Below, one piece after another: positions 25,758-36,128 of a stretch of DNA of 64,000 bases (the stretch's first letter is position 1; every line of letters begins with the position of its first letter). The notes below the pieces were generated by a model, which was given only the letters and a program-made list of their open reading frames with translations, ran no database searches and had not been told where the DNA came from. Location of the stretch: positions 674 to 64,673 of the forward strand of contig CAAECF010000109.1 in the NCBI GenBank assembly GCA_900754275.1. The letters are read 5' to 3'. Both the position numbers and the translations under genes were made by a program. Origin of the DNA: an uncultured Collinsella sp. Lineage in GTDB: Bacteria > Actinomycetota > Coriobacteriia > Coriobacteriales > Coriobacteriaceae.

Positions 25758-26862
25758 AAGTCCACGCATAATAGCTCTGATCATACTTCAGGAAGGATAA
25801 AGATGAATTCCAGCCGTCCGCTATGCCAATCATCTGCCTTGTCTCTCCAGTTTTCTTACCAGTAAGTGTGGCGTAAGCCTCCGCTGTTACAGAATGGGCT
25901 GATCCGTTGTACAAACTCGCATGTAAAACATTCGGTCTATTAGAGTTAATCTCATTTTGAATGCTCGCGATAGCCGGAGAGGAGACAGTGCGGGCGATAA
26001 GAGTACTTCCTCTGCTTGCGCAGTAATTTGTAAACCCCGTTGCACAGGTTGATATCGGCGTTCCACCCAAAACAACGCCGGGAACAGTCTGTTCTTCATC
26101 GGAAAGAGCATGGGTATTGGTGTAATTCCATATCTGCATATATTGCGAAGGGTCGCTATATAAATTGGCAATGCCATACAGTTCCGCAACGTTCGAAAAA
26201 GCTGTCACCATACAAGCATAGTGGGCGGTAAGCCTCTTAATCTCGCTTTCATCATATGACATAAACTGAGAAATGGAACGAAATCCAGATACTGTGTAAT
26301 CCTGCATTTGAGTTGCGTAAATTACAACATCGTTCCAGCTTGAAGGTTTATTCGATAAAACGACAGGCCGTCCTTCTATGGAAACAGCCGGGATTGTTCT
26401 TCCGCAATTTGTTGTTATTGAACCGTCCAAAGATTGCACGCCGAATTCGAATGGATTGATCATTACGACTGGGTTATTGAAAGAATAAGACTCGACACCA
26501 AGATCTCCTCCCCGATCCATAGGGCTGACTAAGCCGTCTCCAAAACGATATCCCGTAAGTATTTCATCATCTGAAGCATCTAAAACCAAATAGCCCGCGG
26601 CTCTATTGGATGTCACAACCGGAACAATGTAACCAAGCGGGGACCCATCAACATCTACAAAAGGAATAGGGTCAGAAGGCGTATACGAATAGCCGAGGAG
26701 TCCCTTTATATATTTATCGGCAAGCTCTTGCGCAATTTCAGAAGTAAATTGTATCTGCTCACCATCAATATTGCCCGTCGAAGCAAAAACCTCTTTCGGA
26801 CGTGCGGCTAAGGCGACAATTGAAGACGCGACAAGTTGCAGAAAACGACGACGCGAAAGCAT
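25735..26862 (-). CDS. Tat-signal secreted protein, possible papain-like/C39-like cysteine peptidase fold
   Basis: MLSRRRFLQLVASSIVALAA twin-arginine signal. C-terminal region has Cys...His...GW spacing (TNYCASRG ... HASLYNG ... GWNSS). Lower GC. Confidence 0.5.
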   Translation of the reverse strand: MLSRRRFLQLVASSIVALAARPKEVFASTGNIDGEQIQFTSEIAQELADKYIKGLLGYSYTPSDPIPFVDVDGSPLGYIVPVVTSNRAAGYLVLDASDDEILTGYRFGDGLVSPMDRGGDLGVESYSFNNPVVMINPFEFGVQSLDGSITTNCGRTIPAVSIEGRPVVLSNKPSSWNDVVIYATQMQDYTVSGFRSISQFMSYDESEIKRLTAHYACMVTAFSNVAELYGIANLYSDPSQYMQIWNYTNTHALSDEEQTVPGVVLGGTPISTCATGFTNYCASRGSTLIARTVSSPAIASIQNEINSNRPNVLHASLYNGSAHSVTAEAYATLTGKKTGETRQMIGIADGWNSSLSFLKYDQSYYAWTYGTTFSK

Positions 26863-27104
26863 ATGTTCTTCTTTCTAGAGAAGCGACTTATAGGGTACTC
26901 CTATTCTATAATCTTTTTTGTAACGTTACAGCACTGGTTATATTTCAATTCGATTTGCTTATGTCCTTGCAACCCAATGCGTCTTTACGTTTTAAACGGA
27001 ATTAGAAAATCACTCATAGCAAAAACGGGCTTTAATCCCAAAGAGATGACTTTGATTATGAATCAAACCCGCAGCCAGGGCATAGCTGCAGTGCAATTGC
27101 TACA

Positions 27105-27135
27105 AGAAAGGCCGCCCTTGGTGGCGGCCTTTCTA
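27105..27135. terminator. terminator hairpin AGGCCGCC-cttggt-GGCGGCCT after ettA
   Basis: 8-bp GC stem with a T-rich flank on the minus strand. Confidence 0.6.
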
Positions 27136-27142
27136 CTTGCTA

Positions 27143-28822
27143 CTAGTCGCGCGTCAGCTTGCGGTGAATACGATGCGGCTGGGCTGCGTCCTCGCCCAGG
27201 CGCTCGATACGGTTGGCCTGATAGGCCTCGAAGTTGCCCTCGAACCAATACCAGTTGCCCGGATTCTCGTCGGTGCCCTCCCACGCCAGAATGTGCGTGG
27301 CGACGCGGTCCAGGAACATACGGTCGTGGCTAATGACCACCGAGCAGCCCGGGAACTCGAGCAGCGCCGCTTCGAGCGAGGACAGCGTCTCGACGTCGAG
27401 GTCGTTCGTGGGCTCGTCGAGGAGCAGCAGGTTGCCGCCCTGCTTGAGCGTGAGCGCCAGGTTCAGACGGTTGCGCTCGCCACCGGAGAGTACACCAGCG
27501 CGCTTCTGCTGGTCCTGGCCCTTAAAGCCAAAGCTCGCCACGTACGCGCGGCTGGGGACCTCGGTCTCGCCCACCATCATGTGGTCCAGGCCGTCCGAGA
27601 CGACCTCCCACAGGTTCTTATCGGGGTCGATGCCGGAACGGTTCTGATCGACATAGGAGATCTTGACGGTCTCGCCCACCTCGAGCTCGCCCGAAGTCAG
27701 CGGCTCCAGGCCCACGATAGTCTTGAACAGCGTGGTCTTGCCCACACCGTTGGGGCCGATGACGCCCACGATGCCGTTGCGCGGCAGGGTGAACGATAGG
27801 TCGTCGATGAGCACACGGCCATCGAACTCCTTGTGCAGGTGATGGGCCTCGAGCACTTTGTTGCCCAGACGCGGTCCAACGGGAATGCGAATGTCGGTCC
27901 AGTCGAGCTTCTGGCTTGCGCGGGCCTCGGCCTCCATCTCCTCGTAGCGTGCCAGACGGGCCTTGTTCTTTGCCTGGCGAGCCTTGGGCGAGCTGCGTAC
28001 CCACTCGAGCTCGGCCTCCATGCGCTTGGCGAGCTTGGCGTCGCGGTTGCCCTGCGCCTCGATACGGGCGGCCTTGGTCTCCAGATACGTGGAGTAGTTG
28101 CCCTTGTAGGGATAAAGGTGACCGCGGTCGACCTCGCAGATCCACTCGGCAACGTTATCCAGGAAGTAGCGATCGTGCGTGACGGCCAGAACGGCGCCCT
28201 GGTAGTTGTGCAGGAAGTGCTCGAGCCACAGGATCGACTCGGCGTCCAGGTGGTTCGTGGGCTCGTCGAGCAGCAGCAGGTCGGGAGCCTCGAGCAGCAG
28301 CTTGCACAGGGCCACGCGACGGCGCTCGCCGCCGGAAAGCACGTTGACCGGCATGTCGGAATCGGGCAGCTGCAGGGCGTCCATGGCCTGGCCGAGCTTG
28401 GAATCGATATCCCAGCCGTCGGCGGCATCAATCTCGTCCTGGAGCTTTCCCATCTCGGCCATGAGGGCGTCCATGTCGCAATCCGGGTCGCACATCTCCT
28501 CGCCGATCTTGTTGAAGCGATCGACCTTGGCGATCATATCGCCAAATGCCATGCGCACGTTCTCGATGACGGTCTTGTCATCGTCGAGCGGCGGCTCCTG
28601 GTGCAGGATGCCCACGGTGTAGCCGGGGGTGAGCCTGGCATCGCCGTTGGAGACCTCCTCGATGCCGGCCATGATCTTGAGCAGGGTCGACTTGCCCATA
28701 CCATTGGGGCCCACGACGCCGATCTTGGCACCGGGGTAGAAGCTCAGGGTCACGTCGTCAAGGATTACCTTGTCGCCATGGGCCTTACGAGCCTGATACA
28801 TCTGGTAGATAAACTCCGCCAT
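27143..28822 (-). CDS. ettA: ABC-F family ATPase, energy-dependent translational throttle EttA
   Basis: Two ABC cassettes (GPNGMGKST, GPNGVGKTT; two LSGGERRR signatures), 559 aa, EttA-like N-terminus MAEFIYQMYQARKAH. Confidence 0.9.
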   Translation of the reverse strand: MAEFIYQMYQARKAHGDKVILDDVTLSFYPGAKIGVVGPNGMGKSTLLKIMAGIEEVSNGDARLTPGYTVGILHQEPPLDDDKTVIENVRMAFGDMIAKVDRFNKIGEEMCDPDCDMDALMAEMGKLQDEIDAADGWDIDSKLGQAMDALQLPDSDMPVNVLSGGERRRVALCKLLLEAPDLLLLDEPTNHLDAESILWLEHFLHNYQGAVLAVTHDRYFLDNVAEWICEVDRGHLYPYKGNYSTYLETKAARIEAQGNRDAKLAKRMEAELEWVRSSPKARQAKNKARLARYEEMEAEARASQKLDWTDIRIPVGPRLGNKVLEAHHLHKEFDGRVLIDDLSFTLPRNGIVGVIGPNGVGKTTLFKTIVGLEPLTSGELEVGETVKISYVDQNRSGIDPDKNLWEVVSDGLDHMMVGETEVPSRAYVASFGFKGQDQQKRAGVLSGGERNRLNLALTLKQGGNLLLLDEPTNDLDVETLSSLEAALLEFPGCSVVISHDRMFLDRVATHILAWEGTDENPGNWYWFEGNFEAYQANRIERLGEDAAQPHRIHRKLTRD

Positions 28823-29007
28823 TTGCCTGTTTTATCCTTTCTACCTGCTGTTTCTCTATTCTTGTTTCGCCTAAGTGGAAACGAAATGGAAAAACCAGCT
28901 CTGAAACGTAACGAAAAAGGGGCATGGTTGCCCATGCCCCCTAATACTACCTGGGAAAAGTTCCCCCGGAACATACTATGAACTACGTACGCTAGTTTTC
29001 CGCAACC

Positions 29008-29721
29008 TTAGCGAGCGGCTCGCTGCGATTTGCGCCACAGCAGATACGAGTAGACGTAGACGGCTCCAACCGAACCAAACGCCAGAACCGCAATCACCGC
29101 GGCGACGACTTCACTCGAAAGCACGCTGCCTGCCACGCCCATCGCAATCAGGCCAACACCCAGCACCATAAAGCAGGCACCGCCAAAGCGCTGCGTACGG
29201 CGCCAGTTCTCGGGATTGGCAAGCGCCCAAGGCGTCTTGATACCGAGCGTATAGTTCTGCTTCACACGCGGCAAGTAGTTGCCTACGCCGATGAACAGCA
29301 AACCGACAACACCGGAAATCAGCACGTTGACCGAACCGACCGCCGGCACCACGCCCCAGACCGTAAGCTCTCCCAGCCAGCTTATGGCGCACATGAACAA
29401 GGTGAAGGCGATTACGAAGCCCTGATAGAACTTGCCCGAGGTTCGATATGCCTCACCTTTGGGATCGATGCGCGGCACCACGCAGAACATTGCGAGAAGC
29501 ACCAGAGGCAGCACGCCGAGCGCGGAGGCCATCCAGCTGGGACCCCAACCGTCGACGGCGCCGTTCGCGCCCCAGTGCGTGGGAATCTGCCCAGGCAAGC
29601 TCGGCATCACCATGAGGTGCGCTACGACATTGGCGACGCACAGAACAACCAGCGCAATCCACACGCGCGACGATACCCCCGTGGGGTGAATGCCCTTGTT
29701 TTCGTTATTCATCCTTATCAC
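29008..29721 (-). CDS. SdpI/YhfL-family membrane protein (DUF1648 plus SdpI-like)
   Basis: 237 aa, multiple TM helices; stop/start overlap with the upstream ArsR gene. Confidence 0.55.
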   Translation of the reverse strand: MIRMNNENKGIHPTGVSSRVWIALVVLCVANVVAHLMVMPSLPGQIPTHWGANGAVDGWGPSWMASALGVLPLVLLAMFCVVPRIDPKGEAYRTSGKFYQGFVIAFTLFMCAISWLGELTVWGVVPAVGSVNVLISGVVGLLFIGVGNYLPRVKQNYTLGIKTPWALANPENWRRTQRFGGACFMVLGVGLIAMGVAGSVLSSEVVAAVIAVLAFGSVGAVYVYSYLLWRKSQRAAR

Positions 29722-29983
29722 CTTCCGTGTTTGTAAAGCCCATAAACCAACCGATCAAGTCCTGCATGACGGTGGTGTTTAAGCTGTAAACGATGTTTTG
29801 GCCATGACGTTCATCGGTCACCAACCCGGCGTTTTTGAGCGTCGCCAAGTGATGGCTCAGCGACGGCTTACTGATATCGAAATGCTCGGCAAGCTCCCCC
29901 GCCGTGCAATTGCCCTCGCGCAGCAACTCCAAAATGCGCCGTCGCGTTGGATCGGCCAGCGCTTTAAAACCCTCTCCCGGCAT
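29705..29983 (-). CDS. ArsR/SmtB-family transcriptional regulator (SdpR-like)
   Basis: ADPTRRRILELL...CTAGELAEHFDISKPSLSHHLATLKNAGLV HTH. GAGAGGAGG RBS before the internal Met at 29983. Confidence 0.75.
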   Translation of the reverse strand: MPGEGFKALADPTRRRILELLREGNCTAGELAEHFDISKPSLSHHLATLKNAGLVTDERHGQNIVYSLNTTVMQDLIGWFMGFTNTEGDKDE

Positions 29984-30156
29984 AAGACCTCCTCTCATCA
30001 TCTCTCATGACGTGCACACTATACTCTGTATTTAGATGTTTGTCTAACTATCTAACCGCAATACTTCAAACCACATCAAAGTAAACGCCATCGCAGCCTA
30101 TGGGCGATTACCTATAATGGCGATAGCTAAAACACGACCCGCTTCCCCATCGGAGG

Positions 30157-30960
30157 ATGTCTATGACCGAAACCGCAGCCGCAATTTCCAACGAGACGCG
30201 CGACACCAAGCTCGCGATCATTATGGGGCGCGAGGCGCTCGATAAACTCGCCAGCTCCACAGTGCTGGTGCTCGGCTGCGGAGGCGTGGGCTCCAACTGC
30301 TGCGAGGCACTCGCCCGCGGCGGCATCGGTCATTTCGTCATTCTGGACAAGGACATCATCGCGCCCAGCAATATCAATCGCCAGGCCATCGCCTTTTACA
30401 GCACCGTCGGCAAGCGCAAGGTGGACGTGATGGAAGCCATGATTCGCGATATCAATCCCGCCGCCACCGTTATCAAGCGCACCGAATACCTGCTGAGCGA
30501 CAACATCGACGAGTTTTTCGCGAGCGTTTTGGAGCAGACGGGTGGCAAGCTCGACTACGTCGTCGACGCCATCGACACCATCTCGGCCAAGCTCACCATT
30601 GCCAAATATGCTCAGGACCAGGGCATTCGTTTGGTTAGCTCCATGGGCGGGGCCAACAAGCTCCATCCCGAGTGCCTCCGCTTTGCCGACATTTTCGATA
30701 CGGTACGTGACCCCATGAGCCGCATCATGCGCAAAGAATGTAAGAAGCGCGGCATCAAGAGCCTACATGTACTGTTTAGCTGCGAAGAATCGGTTAAGAC
30801 ACAGCCCCGCGACCCTTCCAATATCCACGAGCGCACCGAGTTGGGCACCGCCAGTTTTATGCCGCCCATCATGGGCCAGATGATTGCCGGCGAGGTTATC
30901 CGCCAGATCAGTGGCCGCGGCACCGAGCGCGTGCGCGCCGATGGCCAGCGCCTGGACTAG
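30157..30960 (+). CDS. tcdA: tRNA threonylcarbamoyladenosine dehydratase (TcdA/CsdL, ThiF/MoeB E1-like)
   Basis: VLVLGCGGVGSNCCEALARGG Rossmann motif and ThiF-family spacing. Confidence 0.75.
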   Translation: MSMTETAAAISNETRDTKLAIIMGREALDKLASSTVLVLGCGGVGSNCCEALARGGIGHFVILDKDIIAPSNINRQAIAFYSTVGKRKVDVMEAMIRDINPAATVIKRTEYLLSDNIDEFFASVLEQTGGKLDYVVDAIDTISAKLTIAKYAQDQGIRLVSSMGGANKLHPECLRFADIFDTVRDPMSRIMRKECKKRGIKSLHVLFSCEESVKTQPRDPSNIHERTELGTASFMPPIMGQMIAGEVIRQISGRGTERVRADGQRLD

Positions 30961-30974
30961 CGGAGCGCGCCGAG

Positions 30975-31757
30975 ATGGAGCCCCGGTTATTTGATGCACA
31001 CTGCCATCTTGATTTGATGACTTACCCGAATGCCGTTGCCGACGAAACCGCGGCTATAGGGCTGGGGGTCTTTGATTGCGGGGTCGACCCACGCGACTTC
31101 GCGGCAGCAAAAAAGCGTGCCAGCCGCTACCCAAACATTATCGCGGGCGTCGGCCTCCATCCCTGGTGGCTCGCCGACGGCCGCTGCGGTCCTGCCGAAG
31201 TCAATCTGCTTTGCGAAGTTACCGCCCAAGAGCGCTACATCGGCGAGGTGGGACTCGACTTTTCCGCGCGCTTTGCCGGAAGTGAGCCGCTACAAATGCA
31301 GGCACTTGACCGGCTCTGCGATACTCTCGTGCAGCGTCCTCTTGCCGGGCGCGTGATATCAATTCACGCCGTTCGTTCGGCAGGAACCGTGCTGGACGTG
31401 CTCGAATCGCATGGACTACTCATCCCAAACCCCGACTCCCCCGTTATCATCTTCCACTGGTTTAGCGGTACTTCGGACGAACTCGTCCGCGCGCGTAATG
31501 CGGGCTGCTATTTTTCCGTCAACGAACGCATGCTCGCGTCTAAACGAGGACGCGAATACGCACGACAGATTCCACTCGATCGTTTACTGCTCGAAACCGA
31601 TGCACCGGCGGAGGCAAACGCAGAAACAAGCGCGCAGTCGCTCATCAGATCACTCATAAGGACCTCAGAACGCATCGCCTCACCCAAAAACTGTGCCGCA
31701 AAGCACATCGAGTCGGAGGTTTTAGCGAATGCACACTCTGTTTTTAGCCTTCGCTGA
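30975..31757 (+). CDS. TatD-family metal-dependent hydrolase
   Basis: N-terminal FDAHCHLD metal-binding motif; 260 aa. Confidence 0.8.
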   Translation: MEPRLFDAHCHLDLMTYPNAVADETAAIGLGVFDCGVDPRDFAAAKKRASRYPNIIAGVGLHPWWLADGRCGPAEVNLLCEVTAQERYIGEVGLDFSARFAGSEPLQMQALDRLCDTLVQRPLAGRVISIHAVRSAGTVLDVLESHGLLIPNPDSPVIIFHWFSGTSDELVRARNAGCYFSVNERMLASKRGREYARQIPLDRLLLETDAPAEANAETSAQSLIRSLIRTSERIASPKNCAAKHIESEVLANAHSVFSLR

Positions 31758-31764
31758 CCCCTGT

Positions 31765-31990
31765 GGTCAAAAAACGTCAAATATGAGTACTGCTAGCGAA
31801 ATGGATACATTACTTTGAGCTTTACGACCACCAGAATAATCTACGATTGTCCATTAACTAACACTTTTACAGTCATTCCTCCTGCATTTTCGCAAGTTTA
31901 AACCCCTCCAAACGCTTAAATCACGTCTGAAGGGGTCAATTATGCTGCGACTAAATTAGTCACAGTACTCATATTTGGCATTTTTTGACC
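31765..31990. mobile_element. MITE-like element: 28-bp terminal inverted repeats flanking about 170 bp of AT-rich non-coding DNA
   Basis: Left GGTCAAAAAACGTCAAATATGAGTACTG (31765-31792) and right CAGTACTCATATTTGGCATTTTTTGACC (31963-31990) are reverse complements with 2 mismatches. The interior is AT-rich with no ORF. Confidence 0.45.
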
Positions 31991-32036
31991 ACCGAGTCAC
32001 AGGGAGGCGCTAATGCAGCTCCCTGAGCCCGCTCGG

Positions 32037-32900
32037 CTATTCGCAAATCGGCGCTCCATGGCCCCAAGAGCCTTCCATGCCGCATACGGTCGAGGCAAAC
32101 CCCGCCGCAAAGTCGAGTGCGCGCTCGATGGCCTCGGCGCCATCCTCGCCACGCTTGACAGAATCGAGATAGCACATCAGGAACGAGGTAAGGAACGAGT
32201 CACCCGCCCCCATGGTGTCCTTCATGTCTGCCACGGGTTTGGCATGCTGCCGATAGTAACGCTCGCCGTCATAGGCAATACAGCCCTCAGCGCCAGCCGT
32301 GGCCGATACAAAACGCGGACCCAGGCTCTTCACCCATGCCAGGCGCTCGCGAATCTCATCCTCGCTCGCGGCGTCTGCCGCGCTAAAGAATGCGAAGTCA
32401 ACGTAGGGAGCAATCTGCTCGTAGTACTCGTCGGTCGAATCGTCCGAGAAGTCAAACGAAACGGTAATACCCGCTGCCTTCAGCTTAGGCAGCTCGCGCT
32501 CGGTAAAGCAGTAGTTACCCGAATGGACCACATCAAACTGTTTCATATACGCCAAATCAAAACGATCGAGCACATAGCGCGCATCACCACGGATGCCACC
32601 CTCATTGGAGCCAAGGAAAACACGGTCGCCGTTAACGACGGTCACGCGCGCAGCACCATTCTCACCGATGAGCTGCTTGCATTTGGCTAGTTCAACGTCC
32701 TCATCCTCAAGACTCGCAATCACATGCCCGGCAGCAGCATCATTGCCAAAGATGCCCATATACGCGGAGCGCGCGGCTCCGCATTTCTTGGCATACACGG
32801 CAAAGTTCACCGCATTGCCACCCGGATACATAGTGTGGATATGCTCGTAGCGGTCGACGACGTTGTCGCCAAACCCAAGAGCATTAACGTTGAATGTCAT
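32037..32900 (-). CDS. PfkB-family carbohydrate/nucleoside kinase
   Basis: PfkB signature GAGDSF near the C-terminus; 287 aa from the Met at 32900. Confidence 0.8.
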   Translation of the reverse strand: MTFNVNALGFGDNVVDRYEHIHTMYPGGNAVNFAVYAKKCGAARSAYMGIFGNDAAAGHVIASLEDEDVELAKCKQLIGENGAARVTVVNGDRVFLGSNEGGIRGDARYVLDRFDLAYMKQFDVVHSGNYCFTERELPKLKAAGITVSFDFSDDSTDEYYEQIAPYVDFAFFSAADAASEDEIRERLAWVKSLGPRFVSATAGAEGCIAYDGERYYRQHAKPVADMKDTMGAGDSFLTSFLMCYLDSVKRGEDGAEAIERALDFAAGFASTVCGMEGSWGHGAPICE

Positions 32901-32960
32901 AGCACCGCCCCTCTCTTGTGCCAACGGAACCATTGTTGTGACAACGGTACCGCCCAGGAT

Positions 32961-33668
32961 CTACGCGAGTTCCAGCAGGTCCGGCAGCCGATCGATGATC
33001 TTGTCCGCGGCATCCTGGCTAAAGCCAAAGCGCTCCTCGCGCTTGGCGATTACCGTCAGACCGGCACGCTTACCTGCGGTAATGCCATACAGAGAGTCCT
33101 CCACACAGCAACAGCGATCCGCGGGCAATCCCAAACGATCTATAGCATGCAGATAGATATCAGGATCGGGCTTGCTGCGCTTGAACTGCTCGCCCGAGAC
33201 CAAAAACTCAAAGTAATCACGAATGCCACAGGTACCCAGCACCTCTTCGATATTGTTGAGAGGAGACGACGATGCCAGCGCAACGCGAACCCCACGTTCT
33301 TTCAGCCCCGCCAGCGTCTCGGCAACGCCGGGGTTGAGCAGTTTTCTATAGTCGCAGGAATACGCGCTCGCCCATACCTCATAGCGTGCCTCGGCAGCCT
33401 CGACGCTGAGCTTGCCCAAACCCGCACGCTCATGCCAATCGACGAGCACCTGCTGAAAATCACGGTGCGATGAACCAACAATCGCATTAAGCTCGTCGCG
33501 CGTCACAGAAATCTGCAGGTAATCGATAAACTTCTCGAGTTCCTTTTGATAGTAAAACTCGGTGTCGACCAAAACGCCGTCCATGTCAAAGATAACGGCG
33601 TCAAACGGAAATGCGGACACGGCACCCTCCCTAACAAAAGGACGCCCGCGAGCAGGCGCCCGAACCAT
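32961..33668 (-). CDS. HAD-IA family hydrolase (beta-phosphoglucomutase-like)
   Basis: VIFDMDGVLVDTE motif I with downstream HAD motifs; start codon uncertain. Confidence 0.7.
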   Translation of the reverse strand: MVRAPARGRPFVREGAVSAFPFDAVIFDMDGVLVDTEFYYQKELEKFIDYLQISVTRDELNAIVGSSHRDFQQVLVDWHERAGLGKLSVEAAEARYEVWASAYSCDYRKLLNPGVAETLAGLKERGVRVALASSSPLNNIEEVLGTCGIRDYFEFLVSGEQFKRSKPDPDIYLHAIDRLGLPADRCCCVEDSLYGITAGKRAGLTVIAKREERFGFSQDAADKIIDRLPDLLELA

Positions 33669-33684
33669 GCATTAATCGGCGATT

Positions 33685-34527
33685 CTAACCCAGCAGCTTA
33701 TCCAGCGCCACCGCAATGCCGTCTTCGTTGTTATTGGCGGTCACCATCTGGGCCACGGCCTTAACCTCGTCGACCGCGTTGCCCATGGCAACACCAGTGC
33801 CGGCCCACTCAATCATGGACTTGTCGTTCTGGCCGTCACCAAACGATACGACCTCGCTGGCATCGATACCCAACTTGGACAGGGAGCCCTCGAGCGCGCG
33901 AGCCTTATCGATGCCGGGCGCCGTAAACTCAAAGTACCAGTCGGCCGTAAACATACCCGAAAGCGTCTGAGTAAAGGGCGCGTACATCTCCTCGTAATGC
34001 GCTTGCAGATAGGCCGGGTCTCCCGCGGTGAGCAATTTGTCCACCGGATAGGCATCTACAACCTCATGGAGGCTCTCGACCTCACGGATCTTAAGGTCGC
34101 ACGCATCGCGCTCGTATTTGACGATATTCTTCTGCGAACCGTCCGGCAGTGTGATCATGCAGCGATACGAGTCCACGACGTGCAGGTCCCGACCGAGCGA
34201 GATCATGGGAATCACGTCAAAGTTGCGCAGGTGATCGAGCAGACGATGCAATTCGTCGACCGGCATGGCCTGGTCAAACAGTACCTCGTCGGTCTGGGCA
34301 TCGACTACGTGTGCACCGTTAAAGGCCACGAGCAGGCCATCATGATTGTGTAGGTCGAGCTCCTGACCAAGGGCGCGAAGGCCCCATGCAGGACGGCCCG
34401 AAGCCAGAATGAGCTTGATGCCCGATTCCTGTGCCGCGAGCAGCTTCTCGCGCGTACGCGGGCTGATGACCTTTTGGTCGTTGGTAAGCGTACCGTCGAT
34501 ATCCATTGCGATGGCTTTGATTGCCAT
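33685..34527 (-). CDS. Cof-type HAD-IIB sugar phosphatase
   Basis: MAIKAIAMDIDGTL motif I, LASGRP, C-terminal GDGQNDKSMIEWAG. GGGAGG RBS. Confidence 0.8.
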   Translation of the reverse strand: MAIKAIAMDIDGTLTNDQKVISPRTREKLLAAQESGIKLILASGRPAWGLRALGQELDLHNHDGLLVAFNGAHVVDAQTDEVLFDQAMPVDELHRLLDHLRNFDVIPMISLGRDLHVVDSYRCMITLPDGSQKNIVKYERDACDLKIREVESLHEVVDAYPVDKLLTAGDPAYLQAHYEEMYAPFTQTLSGMFTADWYFEFTAPGIDKARALEGSLSKLGIDASEVVSFGDGQNDKSMIEWAGTGVAMGNAVDEVKAVAQMVTANNNEDGIAVALDKLLG

Positions 34528-34676
34528 ATATGCCTCCCTGTCATTGAACAGCCTTGTCTGAGCCATCATACAGAACACCCGCGGCGGCGCTGTTTGCAAC
34601 GGGAAAAATGTCATATTGTCCCGAACATGAACGGCGCGTGGTCGTAAAGCTTTATCGCTCAGGTCAAATACGTCTG

Positions 34677-35351
34677 CTAGCGACGCTCATCCGTCGGTGC
34701 GCCCTCGACGATCGCGATGCCCGCCGATGCACCCAACGCGCTGGCGCCGGCCTCGATGAATGCGCAAGCCTCTTCATAATTATGGATACCGCCCGCAGCC
34801 TTGATTGCCACGGCATCGCCGAGCACCTCGTGCATCAGCCGCACGTCCTCGAGCTTAGCACCGCCATAGCTTCTGCCGGTCGATGTCTTAAGGAATCCCG
34901 GCTTAGCCTCCAGCGCAATCTCACAGACGCGACGCTTGGCGACATCGTCGCCGTCCAGCTTGCACATCTCGACAATCACCTTGTCAGTGATGCCATGCGC
35001 GCGACAAAAATCAGCAATGGCAGTCATCTCGCGCTCGATGGCAACAAAATCGCGGTCCTCGACCGACTCCTGATTCAAAACGTAGTCAATCTCGGTAAAG
35101 CCGCGCGCAGCGTATTCCTCAAACCTCGCAAGCTTCTCCTCAAGCGTCATAGTGCCCTGAGGAAAGTCGATAGCGCCGGCAAGGATGATGTCAGAGTCCT
35201 CGAGCATGGCGCGACCCGTCTCGTACTCCTGCAGGTTCGCAAATACGCAGCGGAAGTTGTACCTTAACGCCTTCTCGACATACTGCTCAAACGTGTCCTC
35301 GGGGGCATCGATATAGTCGATGTATTTATTGATGGGTTTGGCAAACGTCAT
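34677..35351 (-). CDS. deoC: deoxyribose-phosphate aldolase family (DeoC-like class I aldolase)
   Basis: FLKTSTG Schiff-base lysine region and IKAAGGI motif. Confidence 0.7.
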   Translation of the reverse strand: MTFAKPINKYIDYIDAPEDTFEQYVEKALRYNFRCVFANLQEYETGRAMLEDSDIILAGAIDFPQGTMTLEEKLARFEEYAARGFTEIDYVLNQESVEDRDFVAIEREMTAIADFCRAHGITDKVIVEMCKLDGDDVAKRRVCEIALEAKPGFLKTSTGRSYGGAKLEDVRLMHEVLGDAVAIKAAGGIHNYEEACAFIEAGASALGASAGIAIVEGAPTDERR

Positions 35352-35572
35352 GCTGGGCCTCCTTGTTCAGGACCGACAACCAATCCGTGGGTTCACGCGA
35401 AAAACCACGTTCAATGTACGCCCGATACGCAAGGGCAGCGTCCTCATTCCGACAAGCGGTATGAAATTAGCCTTAAAAGTATATTCATGGACAGCGAATG
35501 GCGCCGCACGCGGATGCCGACAGCAAGACATCTCCCCCTCTCAATACACCCTCATGCCCATTCAAAATAGCA

Positions 35573-35664
35573 AGGGGCCCGTATCCCAACGGATACGGGC
35601 CCCTTTCGGCCATGACCTATCTCAGCAACAAAGACTACTTGCGGTGAGCGCGGTAGAACTCGAT
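35573..35664. repeat. attL-like direct repeat: copy of the pgi terminator hairpin plus 32-bp identical core (last 10 codons and stop of pgi)
   Basis: GACTACTTGCGGTGAGCGCGGTAGAACTCGAT (35633-35664) is identical to 39137-39168. The hairpin GGGGCCCGtATCCcaacGGATaCGGGCCCC matches the one at 39075-39106. Confidence 0.6.
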
Positions 35665-36128
35665 CGCACCATCTTATCCGCGCCGGGGCACGTTCGCATA
35701 GCGTGGCGCGTGACGGTTGCAAAACCACCCCATTTGAAACAAACGCAAAAAAGTACTTGCAAAGACACGTTCCGACATATAAGTTGATAAAAGACCGCCG
35801 TTGCGGTTTTAAGTAGATCGAGCATATGAAGTTTCAGTTTTTAGCGTGTAAGAGAAAGAAGATCGGCAAAGTACAACCCCAAACGCAATGACAACTTAAT
35901 GAGGTAACTGCCACATGTGAGGCACCCAGGGCATTGCTGTCTCGATTTTGAGCACGATGCCTTCCGCCTTGCATGGGCCGTTCCATCCCGCCCCTGCAGC
36001 AACTGCCTCACGGGCTCATTGAAAACCGCATAGCACCCCAACGTCAGCACATCACCCACGGCAAGCACATCACTCACGACAACCAACACATCAACAAACA
36101 GCACGAACATCAACCGATTGGAGAAGCT

